64,000 bases of DNA from Selaginella moellendorffii (Eukaryota > Plantae > Lycopodiophyta), in NCBI RefSeq assembly GCF_000143415.4, contig NW_003314267.1, positions 3,030,028 to 3,094,027 on the forward strand. Reading direction: 5' to 3'. This document shows, one piece after another, positions 12,036-21,808 of the stretch. The notes under the pieces were generated by a model. It had not been told where the DNA came from, made no database searches, and saw only the letters and a list, made by a program, of their open reading frames with translations. The position numbers were made by a program, and so were the translations under genes. Each line of letters starts with the position of its first letter. Position 1 is the stretch's first letter.

Positions 12036-13246
12036 ATGAGCGGCAAATGCGAGGAGTGTGGGCAGAGCGCCGCCAAGTACAAGTGCCCCGGCTGCGGCTT
12101 GCGCTCGTGCGGCTTATCCTGTGTGAAAGCGCACAAGGCTCGAATCGGCTGCACTGGGAAGCGCGATCCGACAGCGTTTGTGAAAATCTCGGATTTCGAT
12201 GACAATCGGATCATGTCGGGTAAGTGGATTCGATTTGCACCTAGTGAGGATTCTTATGTGGAGTTGTAGATTATAATTTTCTCGAGGAGGCTCTGAGAGT
12301 GGCTGATGTTGCGAAGCGATCGAAATATAAGTCTTTTGTGGGAGGCCGCAAGCCGGGCGTGTTGAAGGAGCTGATCTACCAGGCTCGCTTTCGCAAAACC
12401 AAGTTTGTTCACATGGCAAATGGAATGTCGAGAAGGATAGCTAATACCACGTACTTCAACAGGAAGTAAGCTCTCCCACTTTCCTCCTCACGGATTGTTC
12501 TTTGCTAAAGCTTTAAATGCACTCTAGGCGGAAGTGCATGTACTGGAGAGTTGAATGGATCTTTCATTCCACCGACATTCGCCTTGTTGACGAGAAGTAT
12601 GTTCATCCCTGCTCGACTCTTCAAGTGTATTGACTGACACGATTCCTCTATTTTTTCCAGTTTGGACGAGCATGTCAACCTTGGTACCGTGCTTGAGAAA
12701 CATTTATCGCCCCAGTCGCACAGTCCGACCGCTCGACACCAATTGCGGGACTTTTTGCAGCAACCAGTAGATCAGCTGAAGCTTCTCTTCAAGAAAGAGC
12801 TCGATGATGTAAGAACTTGTGTGTGTGTTTTGTATCCGGTTGCTAATTCTGGTAACCATCAGGCCAAAGAATCGTACTACGAGCTAAACATCAACGAATC
12901 TCTTCGCCAGCAGCTTTCTTTCAAGACAGTATTGGAGTTTCCAGAGATCAGGGTCGTGCTGCCGTCCGATATAGACAGGTTTTCCATTGTAGAAGAAGAG
13001 CCGAAGCCCGTCAAGCCTGCTGCTTCCCCTGTTAAATCAGTGGCGGAAGAGTTGGTCGAGCAAACTGGTAAGACGTTTCGAGAAGAGGAAATCAAGGACG
13101 AAGAGCAGGACAAAGAGCAGGACGATATGAAAATGTATGATTTCCTCGGAGATCTACCAGGACAGGCAGACTTACTATGGAAAAGTATGGAGGTCCAGCC
13201 GCCAAGTTTGATGAATGACGTGGAAGACGGAGAACTCTCGGGCTAG
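12036..13246 (+). CDS. BCD1: Box C/D snoRNA biogenesis protein (zf-HIT; BCD1/ZNHIT6), 5 exons
   Basis: CEECGQSAAKYKCPGCGLRSCGLSCVKAHKARIGCTGKRD HIT finger; WRVEWIF; VLEFPEIRVVL. Introns ~12220-12269, 12466-12527, 12597-12660, 12809-12862. Confidence 0.9.
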
Positions 13247-13295
13247 TTTCTGGGACACACAGGCTTTCTTTTCCAAAAGTTTTGTAGAATTCGCA

Positions 13296-13856
13296 TTAGA
13301 GTTCGATGAAAGCAAAGAGAACAGATGAGATGAAGATGAGGAGACCAGAGGCCGACAAAACTATGAGGGGAATTCCAGCGCGTTCCGTCCAACTGCTATC
13401 ACAACTAAAAGGTCCCAACCTCAGCTCGATGAGACTAATCATAGACAGCATGAGGAAGATCGTCCCAGCGACAGAGCCTATGGCCGATGCCAGCATTCCG
13501 AGCCTCAAGAGGCGGTTGTTAATCTCCGCGGCCTGGGATTCTTCGATGTGTGTGCTGTTGGCGAATATGATGTAGAGCTTGAGTCCGTGAGCTACAAGGC
13601 TAGAGAATAGGAAGGAAGCAAACGCGAGAACTTCGTAAAGAAAAAGGTACTTCACTGCATCGGGTCCGACGGGGCAGTCTGTTTCCAAAGCGGCTGCTTT
13701 GGTGCTGGAGAATGAGAGGCCCAAGAACACAGCTATGGTGAAGAAGGAATTCACAGCTACGACTTCGTCCAGCGTGGTGACATGAACCTGGGTGGCTCCT
13801 TTGAAGGAAACCATTCTGCGGGAGGAGCTAGATGGGAGCAGCGTCTTGCCGTCCAT
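13296..13856 (-). CDS. MEE60-like four-TM membrane protein, paralog A (186 aa)
   Basis: QVHVTTLDEVVAVNSFFTIAVFLGLS...EVLAFASFLFSSLVAHGLKL...RLGMLASAIGSVAGTIFLMLSM matches the maternal-effect-embryo-arrest-60 family; intronless. Confidence 0.8.
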   Translation of the reverse strand: MDGKTLLPSSSSRRMVSFKGATQVHVTTLDEVVAVNSFFTIAVFLGLSFSSTKAAALETDCPVGPDAVKYLFLYEVLAFASFLFSSLVAHGLKLYIIFANSTHIEESQAAEINNRLLRLGMLASAIGSVAGTIFLMLSMISLIELRLGPFSCDSSWTERAGIPLIVLSASGLLIFISSVLFAFIEL

Positions 13857-13984
13857 TGGGAGAGAACGCAATAGCAAAGGTGTCGAATTACGACAAAGTT
13901 CTCGACAGTGACAATTCCGTGGGGACCGTGTTTACGTTCTGACCGGGTCACGTTGGAAGAACACGCTGTCTCCCGGGTGCCTTG

Positions 13985-14621
13985 TCAGTGAAGGAAAGCA
14001 TAAAAGACAGCCGAGATGAAGATGACAACGCCAGTAGAGACGAGGACGATGAGCGGGACGGCAGCCTGAAGCACCCAGGAATCGCCGCAGACGAGGCTTC
14101 CAAATCTCAACTGGACGTAGTTGATGAGGGAGAGCATGAGGAAGACGGTTCCAGCGCCAGATCCGACTGCTGACGCGAGTATCCCCAGGCGTAGCAGCTT
14201 GTGGTTCATCGTTGCCGAGTCCACCGAAGCCTCTTTGCTGTTCTTGAAAACCATGAGGAGCTTGAGGCCGTGCGCCACGAGGCTCGAGAACTGGAAGAAG
14301 CTGAAAGCGACGACTTCGTAGACAATGAGACGCTTGAAAGTGGAGGGGCCGGGGATGCATTCGTGCTTGGCGTCGTTGGGAGAGCCAACGTGGAGGTTGG
14401 AGGTGGTGAGCGTGATGCCGACGAAGACCGCGACAGTGAAGAAGGAATTGACACTTACGACTTCGTCCAGGGCCGTGACGTGAACCTGGCTTGTGCTTGC
14501 GCTGAAATGCCGGCGAATGCTCTCCAGCTCCGATGGAGTTCTACAGCGAGAAAGAACTGCTTGAGGAGGATCAAGTCGGAAGAAGCTGTTACCTGGCTAC
14601 TCGGTAGGGGATTTTGTCCAT
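13985..14621 (-). CDS. MEE60-like membrane protein, paralog B (2 exons, 194 aa)
   Basis: Exon 1 14621-14593 (MDKIPYRVAR), GT-AG intron 14592-14541, exon 2 QVHVTALDEVVSVNSFFTVAVFVG...AFLH*. Spliced length 585 nt, in frame. Confidence 0.8.
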
Positions 14622-14957
14622 CGCCTCGCCATCATCTTCCATTTTTTGCGGATCGAGCTCTTCGTCAACAGGGCACATAGGAGATTCGCAGATGGTCCAG
14701 AGGAATCCAATGCTCTTTTACGCCGAGATTAACGGGTGACTTACGGGCAGCGTAAAACTAAAGGACGCTACCGTTTTCGCATGAAAGCTTAAAGAGGAAA
14801 GTCCAGATTTACGATGACTCTTCAAGCAACGCATGCAAGCTACACGACTAAGATTTAGTAACTTCAGTTTACGGCAGTTGGAAGATCTGAGTTTCTTGGA
14901 TCCGTATAAATTTCGAGCTCAGGAGATGGCACCGCCGCGTCGCGAAACCAACCAACC

Positions 14958-16518
14958 ATGGGTGGAAGAACAACGCAGATTGTTGCGGCCGTTGCGTTTC
15001 TATGGCTGGCTTGTCTAGCTCGCGACCGCACTGCTGGTAAGTCATTCCTTCCTTGTATTATATGTTTCCTCTCGTTCTTATTGAGTCTTGTTTTGCTTGC
15101 GTCCATCAGATGCACAAGGAATGGGAATCAACTATGGAACTCTTTCAAACGAGATTTTGCGTCCGCCAGAGGCTGTTGGACTGATCAAGGACCTCGGGTT
15201 TGACAGAGCCAAGATCTTTAGTGCCGACTCCTCGATCATCCGGGCGTTTGCAAACAGCGGCGTGAAGTTGTCGGTGATGGTGGCCAACCAGCAAATCCCG
15301 GAGATAGCATCAAGCCAGAGCAGTGCAGACGCATGGGTGAAAAAGAATGTAGCTGCGTACTATCCAAAGACAGCCATAGACTCTGTTCTAGTCGGCAACG
15401 AGATTTTATCAGACAGTAGCATTCGAGAGTCGACTTGGCCGAAGTTGGTTCCGGCGATGGAGAAGATTCAATCAGCGCTTGAGAAGTTTGAGCTAGCAGG
15501 TTCCATCAAGGTGTCAACGCCCCTGGCTTCCGATGCTCTGGGAAACTCTTATCCTCCATCGGCTGGCTCGTTCAAGAGTGACATTGCAGAGTCCATCATC
15601 CAGCCGCTTCTCGAGTTTTTGTCCCGAACGAACTCCTTCTACTGCGGGAACGTCTATCCATACTTTGCTTGGGCTGGCAATCCTGGCGAGATCCCACTCG
15701 ACTACGCGCTCTTTGGCTCGCAGCAGGAGGTGGTGAGAGATGGGTCACTCAGCTACACAAACTTGTTTGATGCGATGGTCGATGCCACCATCTCTGCAAT
15801 CGAGAAGCTCGGCTTTGGTTCTCTCGATTTTGCTGTGTGCGAGACCGGCTGGCCGAGTAAAGGTGACGGTTCTCAGCCAGGCGCTACAGTCTCCAATGCT
15901 GCTCGCTACAACAACAGGCTGATCGCGAAGACCCTCAGAGCTCAGGGAACTCCCAAGAAGAGAGGCTACTTTCCGACGTATATCTTCGCTCTCTTCAACG
16001 AAAACCTCAAGAACGGTGCGGTCACTGAGCGGAACTTTGGCGTCACGTATCCGAATGGAGAGCTGGTTTACGCTTTGGATATCGCGGGAGGTGAGCGTGA
16101 CACCCATGATGACACTGGTTCTTCTGGTGGTGGAAATGGTACTGAAAGTCCTCCCGGCGGTGAGAATGGTGGTGATGGAAATGGTAGCACAGGACGGAAG
16201 GAATGGTGTGTTGCCAACTCTGATGCTTCTCAAGCGCCGCTTCAGGCTGCTCTAGATTATGCTTGCTCCAGTGGAGGGGACTGCACTGCGATTCAACCCA
16301 ACCAGCCGTGCTTCTTTCCGGAGACGATGGTTTCTCGCGCCTCGTATGCGTTTAGCAGCTACTACAGCAAGATGAAGAGCTCCGGCGGCACTTGCGACTT
16401 TAACCAAGCAGCTCACGTAACCCAAACAGATCCAAGTAAGTTTTTTGTTTTGTTTCTCTTTTCTTACGAGCTTCTTTACGCAGGCTATGGATCTTGTGTC
16501 TATCCCAGTCCAGCATGA
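14958..16518 (+). CDS. Glucan endo-1,3-beta-glucosidase (GH17 + X8/CBM43), secreted, no GPI tail
   Basis: Signal-peptide exon 14958-15036; GINYG, VGNE, ETGWPS, YIFALFNEN, ERNFG; Gly-rich linker; WCVA..ALDYAC..C X8 domain; last intron ~16436-16483. Confidence 0.95.
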
Positions 16519-16650
16519 TCGACTCTTGGACTCTTAACTACTTCAATGGCTGTTGTACATACGAGCGGTTCGTTTATCTTTTATAGACTTACATTGTGTC
16601 ACGTAACGGTTTTTAAAGTTCCAAGCCAAGCGCTTTGACAAGCTTTTGTG

Positions 16651-17115
16651 ATGGATTTCAGAGGATCGCCATTGGCTTTGTTCTCTCAGTTGTGGTGGTG
16701 TTTGCAGAGAATGAGAACGATCCTCCTCGAGTTTCTGTGGTCGAAGGGATCGTCTACTGTCAGGATTGTCAAGGGCATTGGACAAAGAAGATCTCAGGTA
16801 CTTTGAAAGCTCCATTCTCACCAGGATTTCCTTCTTCTTTTTCTCTCTTCACAGATGCTCTTGTGAGCGCTGTCTTCAAGAACAAGGCAGGTTGATCACA
16901 GCGTACGCCATGGACAACAGTGACGACTCTGGTCAAATTTCCAAGCCTCCACCAAGAAAACACGACTTGCCTTGCACAGCTCGTCACAACATCTGACGAG
17001 ACTTGCAACAAAACGACCAACGAGGGGGACGGTGCTCAAGGTGCCAAGCTGCGTCCATTCGCTTCTTATTACAACGAGATGTTCTTCAGAGTCGGGCCAT
17101 TCGCCTTCACTCCAC
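16651..17115 (+). pseudogene. Frameshifted, truncated copy of the Pollen Ole e I gene
   Basis: Near-identical to 19625-20120 but with small deletions; fused at ~17118 to duplicated ZNHIT6 sequence. Confidence 0.85.
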
Positions 17116-17117
17116 AC

Positions 17118-17835
17118 TACGTACTTCAACAGGAAGTAAGCTCTCCTACTTTGCTCCTCACGGATTGTTCTTTGCTAAAGCTTTAAACGCATTCTAGGCG
17201 GAAGTGCACGTCGTTCATTCCACCGACATTTCGCCTTGTTGACGAGAAGTATGTTCATCCCTGCTCGACTCTTCTCGACTCTCCAAGTGTATTGACTAAC
17301 ACAATTCCTCTATCTTTTCAAGTTTGGACGAGCATGTCAATCTTGGCACTGTGCTTGAGAAACATTTATCGCCCCAGTCGCACAGTCCGGATCAGCTGAA
17401 GCTTCTCGTCGAGAAAGAGATCGATGACGTAAGAACTTGAGTGTGTTCTTTCTTTATATCCGGCTGCTAATTGTGGTAAACATCAAGCCAGAGAATCTTC
17501 CTACGAGCTAAACATCAACGAATCTCTTCGCCAACAGCTTTCTTTCAAGACAGTATCGGAGTTTCGTTGTGCTGCCGTCCGATATAGACATTGTAGAAGA
17601 AGAGCCGAAGTCCCGTCAAGCCTGCTGCTTCGCCTGTTAAATCAGTGGCGGAAGAGTTGGTCGAGCAAACCTGTAAGACGTTTCAAGAAGATGAAATCAA
17701 GGACGAAGAGCAGGACGATATGAAGATGTATGATTTCCTGGGAGATCTACCAGGATAGGCAGACTTACTATGGAAAAGTATGGAGGTCCAGCCGCCAAGT
17801 TTGATGAATGGCGTGGAAGACGGAGAACTCTGGGA
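17118..17835 (+). pseudogene. Duplicated 3' part of BCD1/ZNHIT6 (degenerate)
   Basis: Copy of ~12449-13260 including introns, with multiple deletions and a premature TAG; lacks the HIT finger. Confidence 0.9.
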
Positions 17836-17881
17836 CACAGGGAAACGGGCTTTCTTTTCCAAAAGTTTTGTAGAATTCGTA

Positions 17882-18439
17882 TTAGAGTTCGATGAAAGCG
17901 AAGAGAACAGATGAGATGAAGATGAGGAGACCAGAGGACGACAAAACTATGAAGGGAATTCCAGTGCGTTCCGTCCAGCTGCTATCACAACTAAAAGGTC
18001 CCAACCTCAGCTCGATGAGACTTATCATAGACAGCATGAGGAAGATCGTCCCAGCGACAGAGCCTATGGCCGACGCGAGCATTCCGATCCTCAAGAGGCG
18101 GTTGTTAATCTCCGCGGCCTGGGATTCTTCGATAAGGTTGCTGTTGGCGAATATGATGTAGAGCTTGAGTCCGTGAGCTACAAGGCTAGAGAATAGGAAG
18201 GAAGCAAACGCGAGAACTTCGTAAAGAAGAAGGTACTTCACTGCATCGGGTCCAACGGGGCAGTCTGTTTCCAGATCGGCTGCTTTGGTGCTGGAGAATG
18301 AGAGGCCCAAGAACACAGCTATGGTGAAGAAGGAATTCACAGATACGACTTCGTCCAGCGTGGTGACATGAACCTGGGTGGCTCCTTTGAAGGAAACCAT
18401 TCTGCGGGAGGAGCTAGATGGGAGCAGCCTATCGTCCAT
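17882..18439 (-). CDS. MEE60-like paralog A' (intact duplicate, 185 aa)
   Basis: Open ORF nearly identical to 13296-13856. Confidence 0.8.
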   Translation of the reverse strand: MDDRLLPSSSSRRMVSFKGATQVHVTTLDEVVSVNSFFTIAVFLGLSFSSTKAADLETDCPVGPDAVKYLLLYEVLAFASFLFSSLVAHGLKLYIIFANSNLIEESQAAEINNRLLRIGMLASAIGSVAGTIFLMLSMISLIELRLGPFSCDSSWTERTGIPFIVLSSSGLLIFISSVLFAFIEL

Positions 18440-18556
18440 TGGGAGAGAACGAAGTGGCAAAGGTGTCGAATCGCGTAACAATCGAACTTAAAGTTCTCGA
18501 CAGTGACAATTCCGTGGGGACCGTGTTTACGTTCTGACTGGGTTGCGTTTCGTCCG

Positions 18557-19048
18557 GGAGAGCATTCGCCGGCATTCCAGCGCGAGCACAGGCCAGGTTC
18601 ACGTCATGGCACTGGACGAAGTCGTAAGTGTCAATTCCTTCTTCACGGCATCAGCATCACACTCACCACCTCCAGCCTACATGTTGGCTCTTGCAACGAC
18701 GCCAAGCACGACTGCATCCCCGGCCCCTCCACTTTCAAGCGTCTCATTGTCTGGGAAGTCATTGCTTTCAACTTCTTCCAGTTGTCGAGCCTCGTGGCGC
18801 ACGGTCTCAAGCTCCTCATGGTTTCAAGCACAGCAAAGAGGCTTCGGTGGACTCGGCAACCATGAAACCACAAGCTGCTATACTCGCGTCAGCAGTCGGA
18901 TCTGGCGTTGGAACCGCTCTCCCTCATCAACTACGCCCAGTTGAGATTTGGAAGCCTCGTCTGCGGCGATTCCTGGGTGCTTCAGGCTGCCGTCCCGCTC
19001 ATCGTTCTCGTCTCTACTGGCGTTGTCATCTTCATCTCGGCTGTCTTC
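18557..19048 (+). pseudogene. Inverted, frameshifted duplicate of MEE60-like paralog B
   Basis: Reverse complement of ~14005-14526 with deletions; ESIRRHSSASTGQVHVMALDEVVSVNSFFT now reads on the + strand. Confidence 0.88.
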
Positions 19049-19289
19049 TGGATGACTTGTCAGTGAAGGAAAGCATACGAGAGAGCGTGTTCTTCTCGAG
19101 GAGGATCAAGTCGGAAGAAGTACCTGGATACTCGGTAGGGGATTTTGTCCACGTCTTCCATTTTTGGCGGAACTGCTTTTTACGTCGAGATTAGTGGGTT
19201 AAAGCACTCTACCAGCTTAAAGACCATGTATATTTGCAAATAATGTTCTAAAAATGGAATGACACCAGATGATTTACGATGACACTTCA

Positions 19290-19540
19290 AGGAATGGTGT
19301 ATTGCCAATTCTGATGCTTCTCAAGCGGCCATTCAATCTGCTCTAGATTATGCTTGCTCCAGTGGAGGGGGGGACTGATGCTTCTTTCCGGAAACGATGG
19401 TTTCTCACGCCTCGTATGTGTTTAGCAGCTACTACAGCAAGATGAAGAGATTGCAACTTACCCAAACAGATCCAAGTAAGTATTTTCTTTTTCTACGCAG
19501 GCTATGGATCTTGTGTCCACCCCAGTGCATCATGATCGAC
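19290..19540 (+). pseudogene. X8-domain remnant of the duplicated GH17 gene
   Basis: Copy of ~16199-16520 (ggaatggtgt..gctctagattatgcttgc); GH17 catalytic domain deleted. Confidence 0.85.
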
Positions 19541-19624
19541 TCTTGGACTCTTAACCATCGTGTCACGTCTTTGCAAACTTGGGCTTTTAAAGTTTCGAGC
19601 CAAGCGCATTGACAAGCTTTTGTG

Positions 19625-20134
19625 ATGGATTTCAGAGGATTGCCATTGGCTTTGTTGGCGCTCTCAATTGTGGTGGTGTTTGCAGAGAATGAGAACGATC
19701 CCCCTCCAGTTTCTGTGGTCGAAGGAATCGTCTACTGTCAGGATTGTCAAGGGCACTGGACAAAGAAGATCTCAGGTACTACTTTGAAAGTTCCATTCTC
19801 ACCAGGATTTCCTTCTTCTTTTTCTGTCTTCACAGATGCTCTTGTGAGCGTTGTCTGCAAGGACAAGGCAGGCTTGATCACAGCGTACGCCATGGACAAC
19901 AGCGACGACTCCGGTTACTTCCAGATCAAAGTTCCAAACTACGACTGCCTCCACCAAGAAAACACGACTTGCGTTGCACAGCTCGTCACAACATCCGACG
20001 AGACTTGCAACAAAATGACCAACGAGGGAGACGGTGCTCAAGGTGCCAAGCTGCGTCCATTCACTTCTTATTACAACGAGATGTTCTTCAGAGTCGGGCC
20101 ATTCGCCTTCACTCCTTACACTTGCAACGAGTAA
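19625..20134 (+). CDS. Pollen Ole e I family secreted protein (149 aa, intron 19776-19835)
   Basis: Signal peptide; VEGIVYCQDC..ISDALVSVVC...SDDSGYFQI..CVAQLVTTSDETCN...VGPFAFTP. Confidence 0.85.
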   Translation: MDFRGLPLALLALSIVVVFAENENDPPPVSVVEGIVYCQDCQGHWTKKISGTTLKVPFSPGFPSSFSVFTDALVSVVCKDKAGLITAYAMDNSDDSGYFQIKVPNYDCLHQENTTCVAQLVTTSDETCNKMTNEGDGAQGAKLRPFTSYYNEMFFRVGPFAFTPYTCNE

Positions 20135-20195
20135 AAGCTAAAGAATGTGTCAAGGATGTCAGCTTTTTTACATACACACTTTGGAGAAATCATTT

Positions 20196-21588
20196 CTAGA
20201 TGCTCGACTCGCTCGATTTTGCTCCAAAGATCCGGTTGAGTATTGACGCCAGCCTGACCCCACCTTGAGCTAGACGTTGCTCCACGATTGGAAGACGTGA
20301 TGAGAAGTAGTCATCTATGTAAACAATCAGTGAGAAATTGTCCTCGGAAGAAAACTAGAACGATTTGAAAGTGATGACTGACCTTCGAGATAGGTTCCTT
20401 CGAGGGCGTCTTTGTAAGCCCATCTGCAAGAAGTATGTATACTTTCTGTGGCATAGCTGCACGAGGAAGAACAAGCAAAGAAGTGTGGTTAATAGCTCAA
20501 ACTCGAGGAGATTATTTTACCTGTCAATACAAGCCTCTGGATCGGTCTCACACCTGCTCCACGCATCAAAGTTTTCCTTCTGGAAGAAAAAAGATAACAC
20601 GTTGTTTTCAAGCAAGCCAGAAGAAACTAGGTCGAGTTCTTACGGTTATGCTCATGCTTATGTTACGAAGCATCCTGAAAATGTCGTGGTAGTATAGACG
20701 CTTGGCTCTATCAATAAATTCGGTATCCCAGATCTGGCACACAAAAAGTCAGCACAAACAGAAAATTATGTTCGCTTGAGGATCATAAACTTACATGGTG
20801 TAAGTTTGCCTTTCGTCCAAACCAGTGGACATGGACGCCATTCCCTCCAGCATCAGCCGTAAAGGCTACGTGCAGAGGCTATACACAAAAACGCATGTTT
20901 TAGATCCTTTCGAGAAAGAGAAAAGGAAAAAAAGAAAAAAAGAAAAAACAAAGACCAACCTGGTGGATGTCTCCAACATAGTGAGCCAGGAAGAGCAGTG
21001 CCTCGGTCAAGTTATCTGGATTTGAGAAAGAACATGAGATACTCAACACGGATCCAGCGAAGAACTTACATGATTTGTGCAAAGAGAGCTTTGCTTCCTG
21101 AAATGTTTCTAGCTGCCGTGAGTAATTGTTGATAGCACCGGCGACACACATATCCTTTTCTCCACGAGAATCGTGGCAGTCCCCTACGGAAAACCACGCA
21201 AGGCCATGAAACTACCAAAGAAGGAAGTTTCCAAAGAGCTTACGATCGTAGTCATAGCCACAGAGATTGTCGGGCGTGTCAATGTAGTGTAGCGGGCCAG
21301 TCCATCGAAATCTATATGATCTGCGAATATCATCCGCCCAGGAGCACAATTCTGGCAAATCTCGTCCAGGGAGAAGCTCCTCCAGAGCGGCCTTCGATTC
21401 GGAGCTAAGGAAAGGCTGCAAAAGGAAAGAAGAAAACTATGAATCTCCAAACGAATTGGAAATAAGCGCTGTACCTCCGCGATCATACAAGTGAGACGAT
21501 GGCCTTCTCGCCCCCACGCCGCAGCTCCCACTGCTATGGAAGCAATCAAGATCACACACAGCGCCATTCCATACGCCTTCTCCGCCAT
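20196..21588 (-). CDS. S1/P1-type bifunctional endonuclease (ENDO/BFN family), multi-exon
   Basis: Signal peptide then WGREGH; CSWADD; LHYIDTPD; CVAGAINNY; EALLFLAHYVGDIHQPLH; NLHHIWD; RLAQGGVRLASILNRIF. Confidence 0.95.
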
Positions 21589-21808
21589 GGCTCCTTACGC
21601 GAAGCCCTTGAAAATCCCCCTTTTTTTTGCGCTTAGAAAACGCTTAGATATGCTTGCTGCTACGGCAAGAAGGATCGACCGGTAGCGAAAAGGATGGAGA
21701 GCTTCCATTCGATCACGCATTGGCATTCGATAGCGCATTGGCAAGAAAGCTTCCAAAAGCTTTAGCTCGATGGACAAAGCCATGAGTAAACCCTAAATAT
21801 CGGGGACG

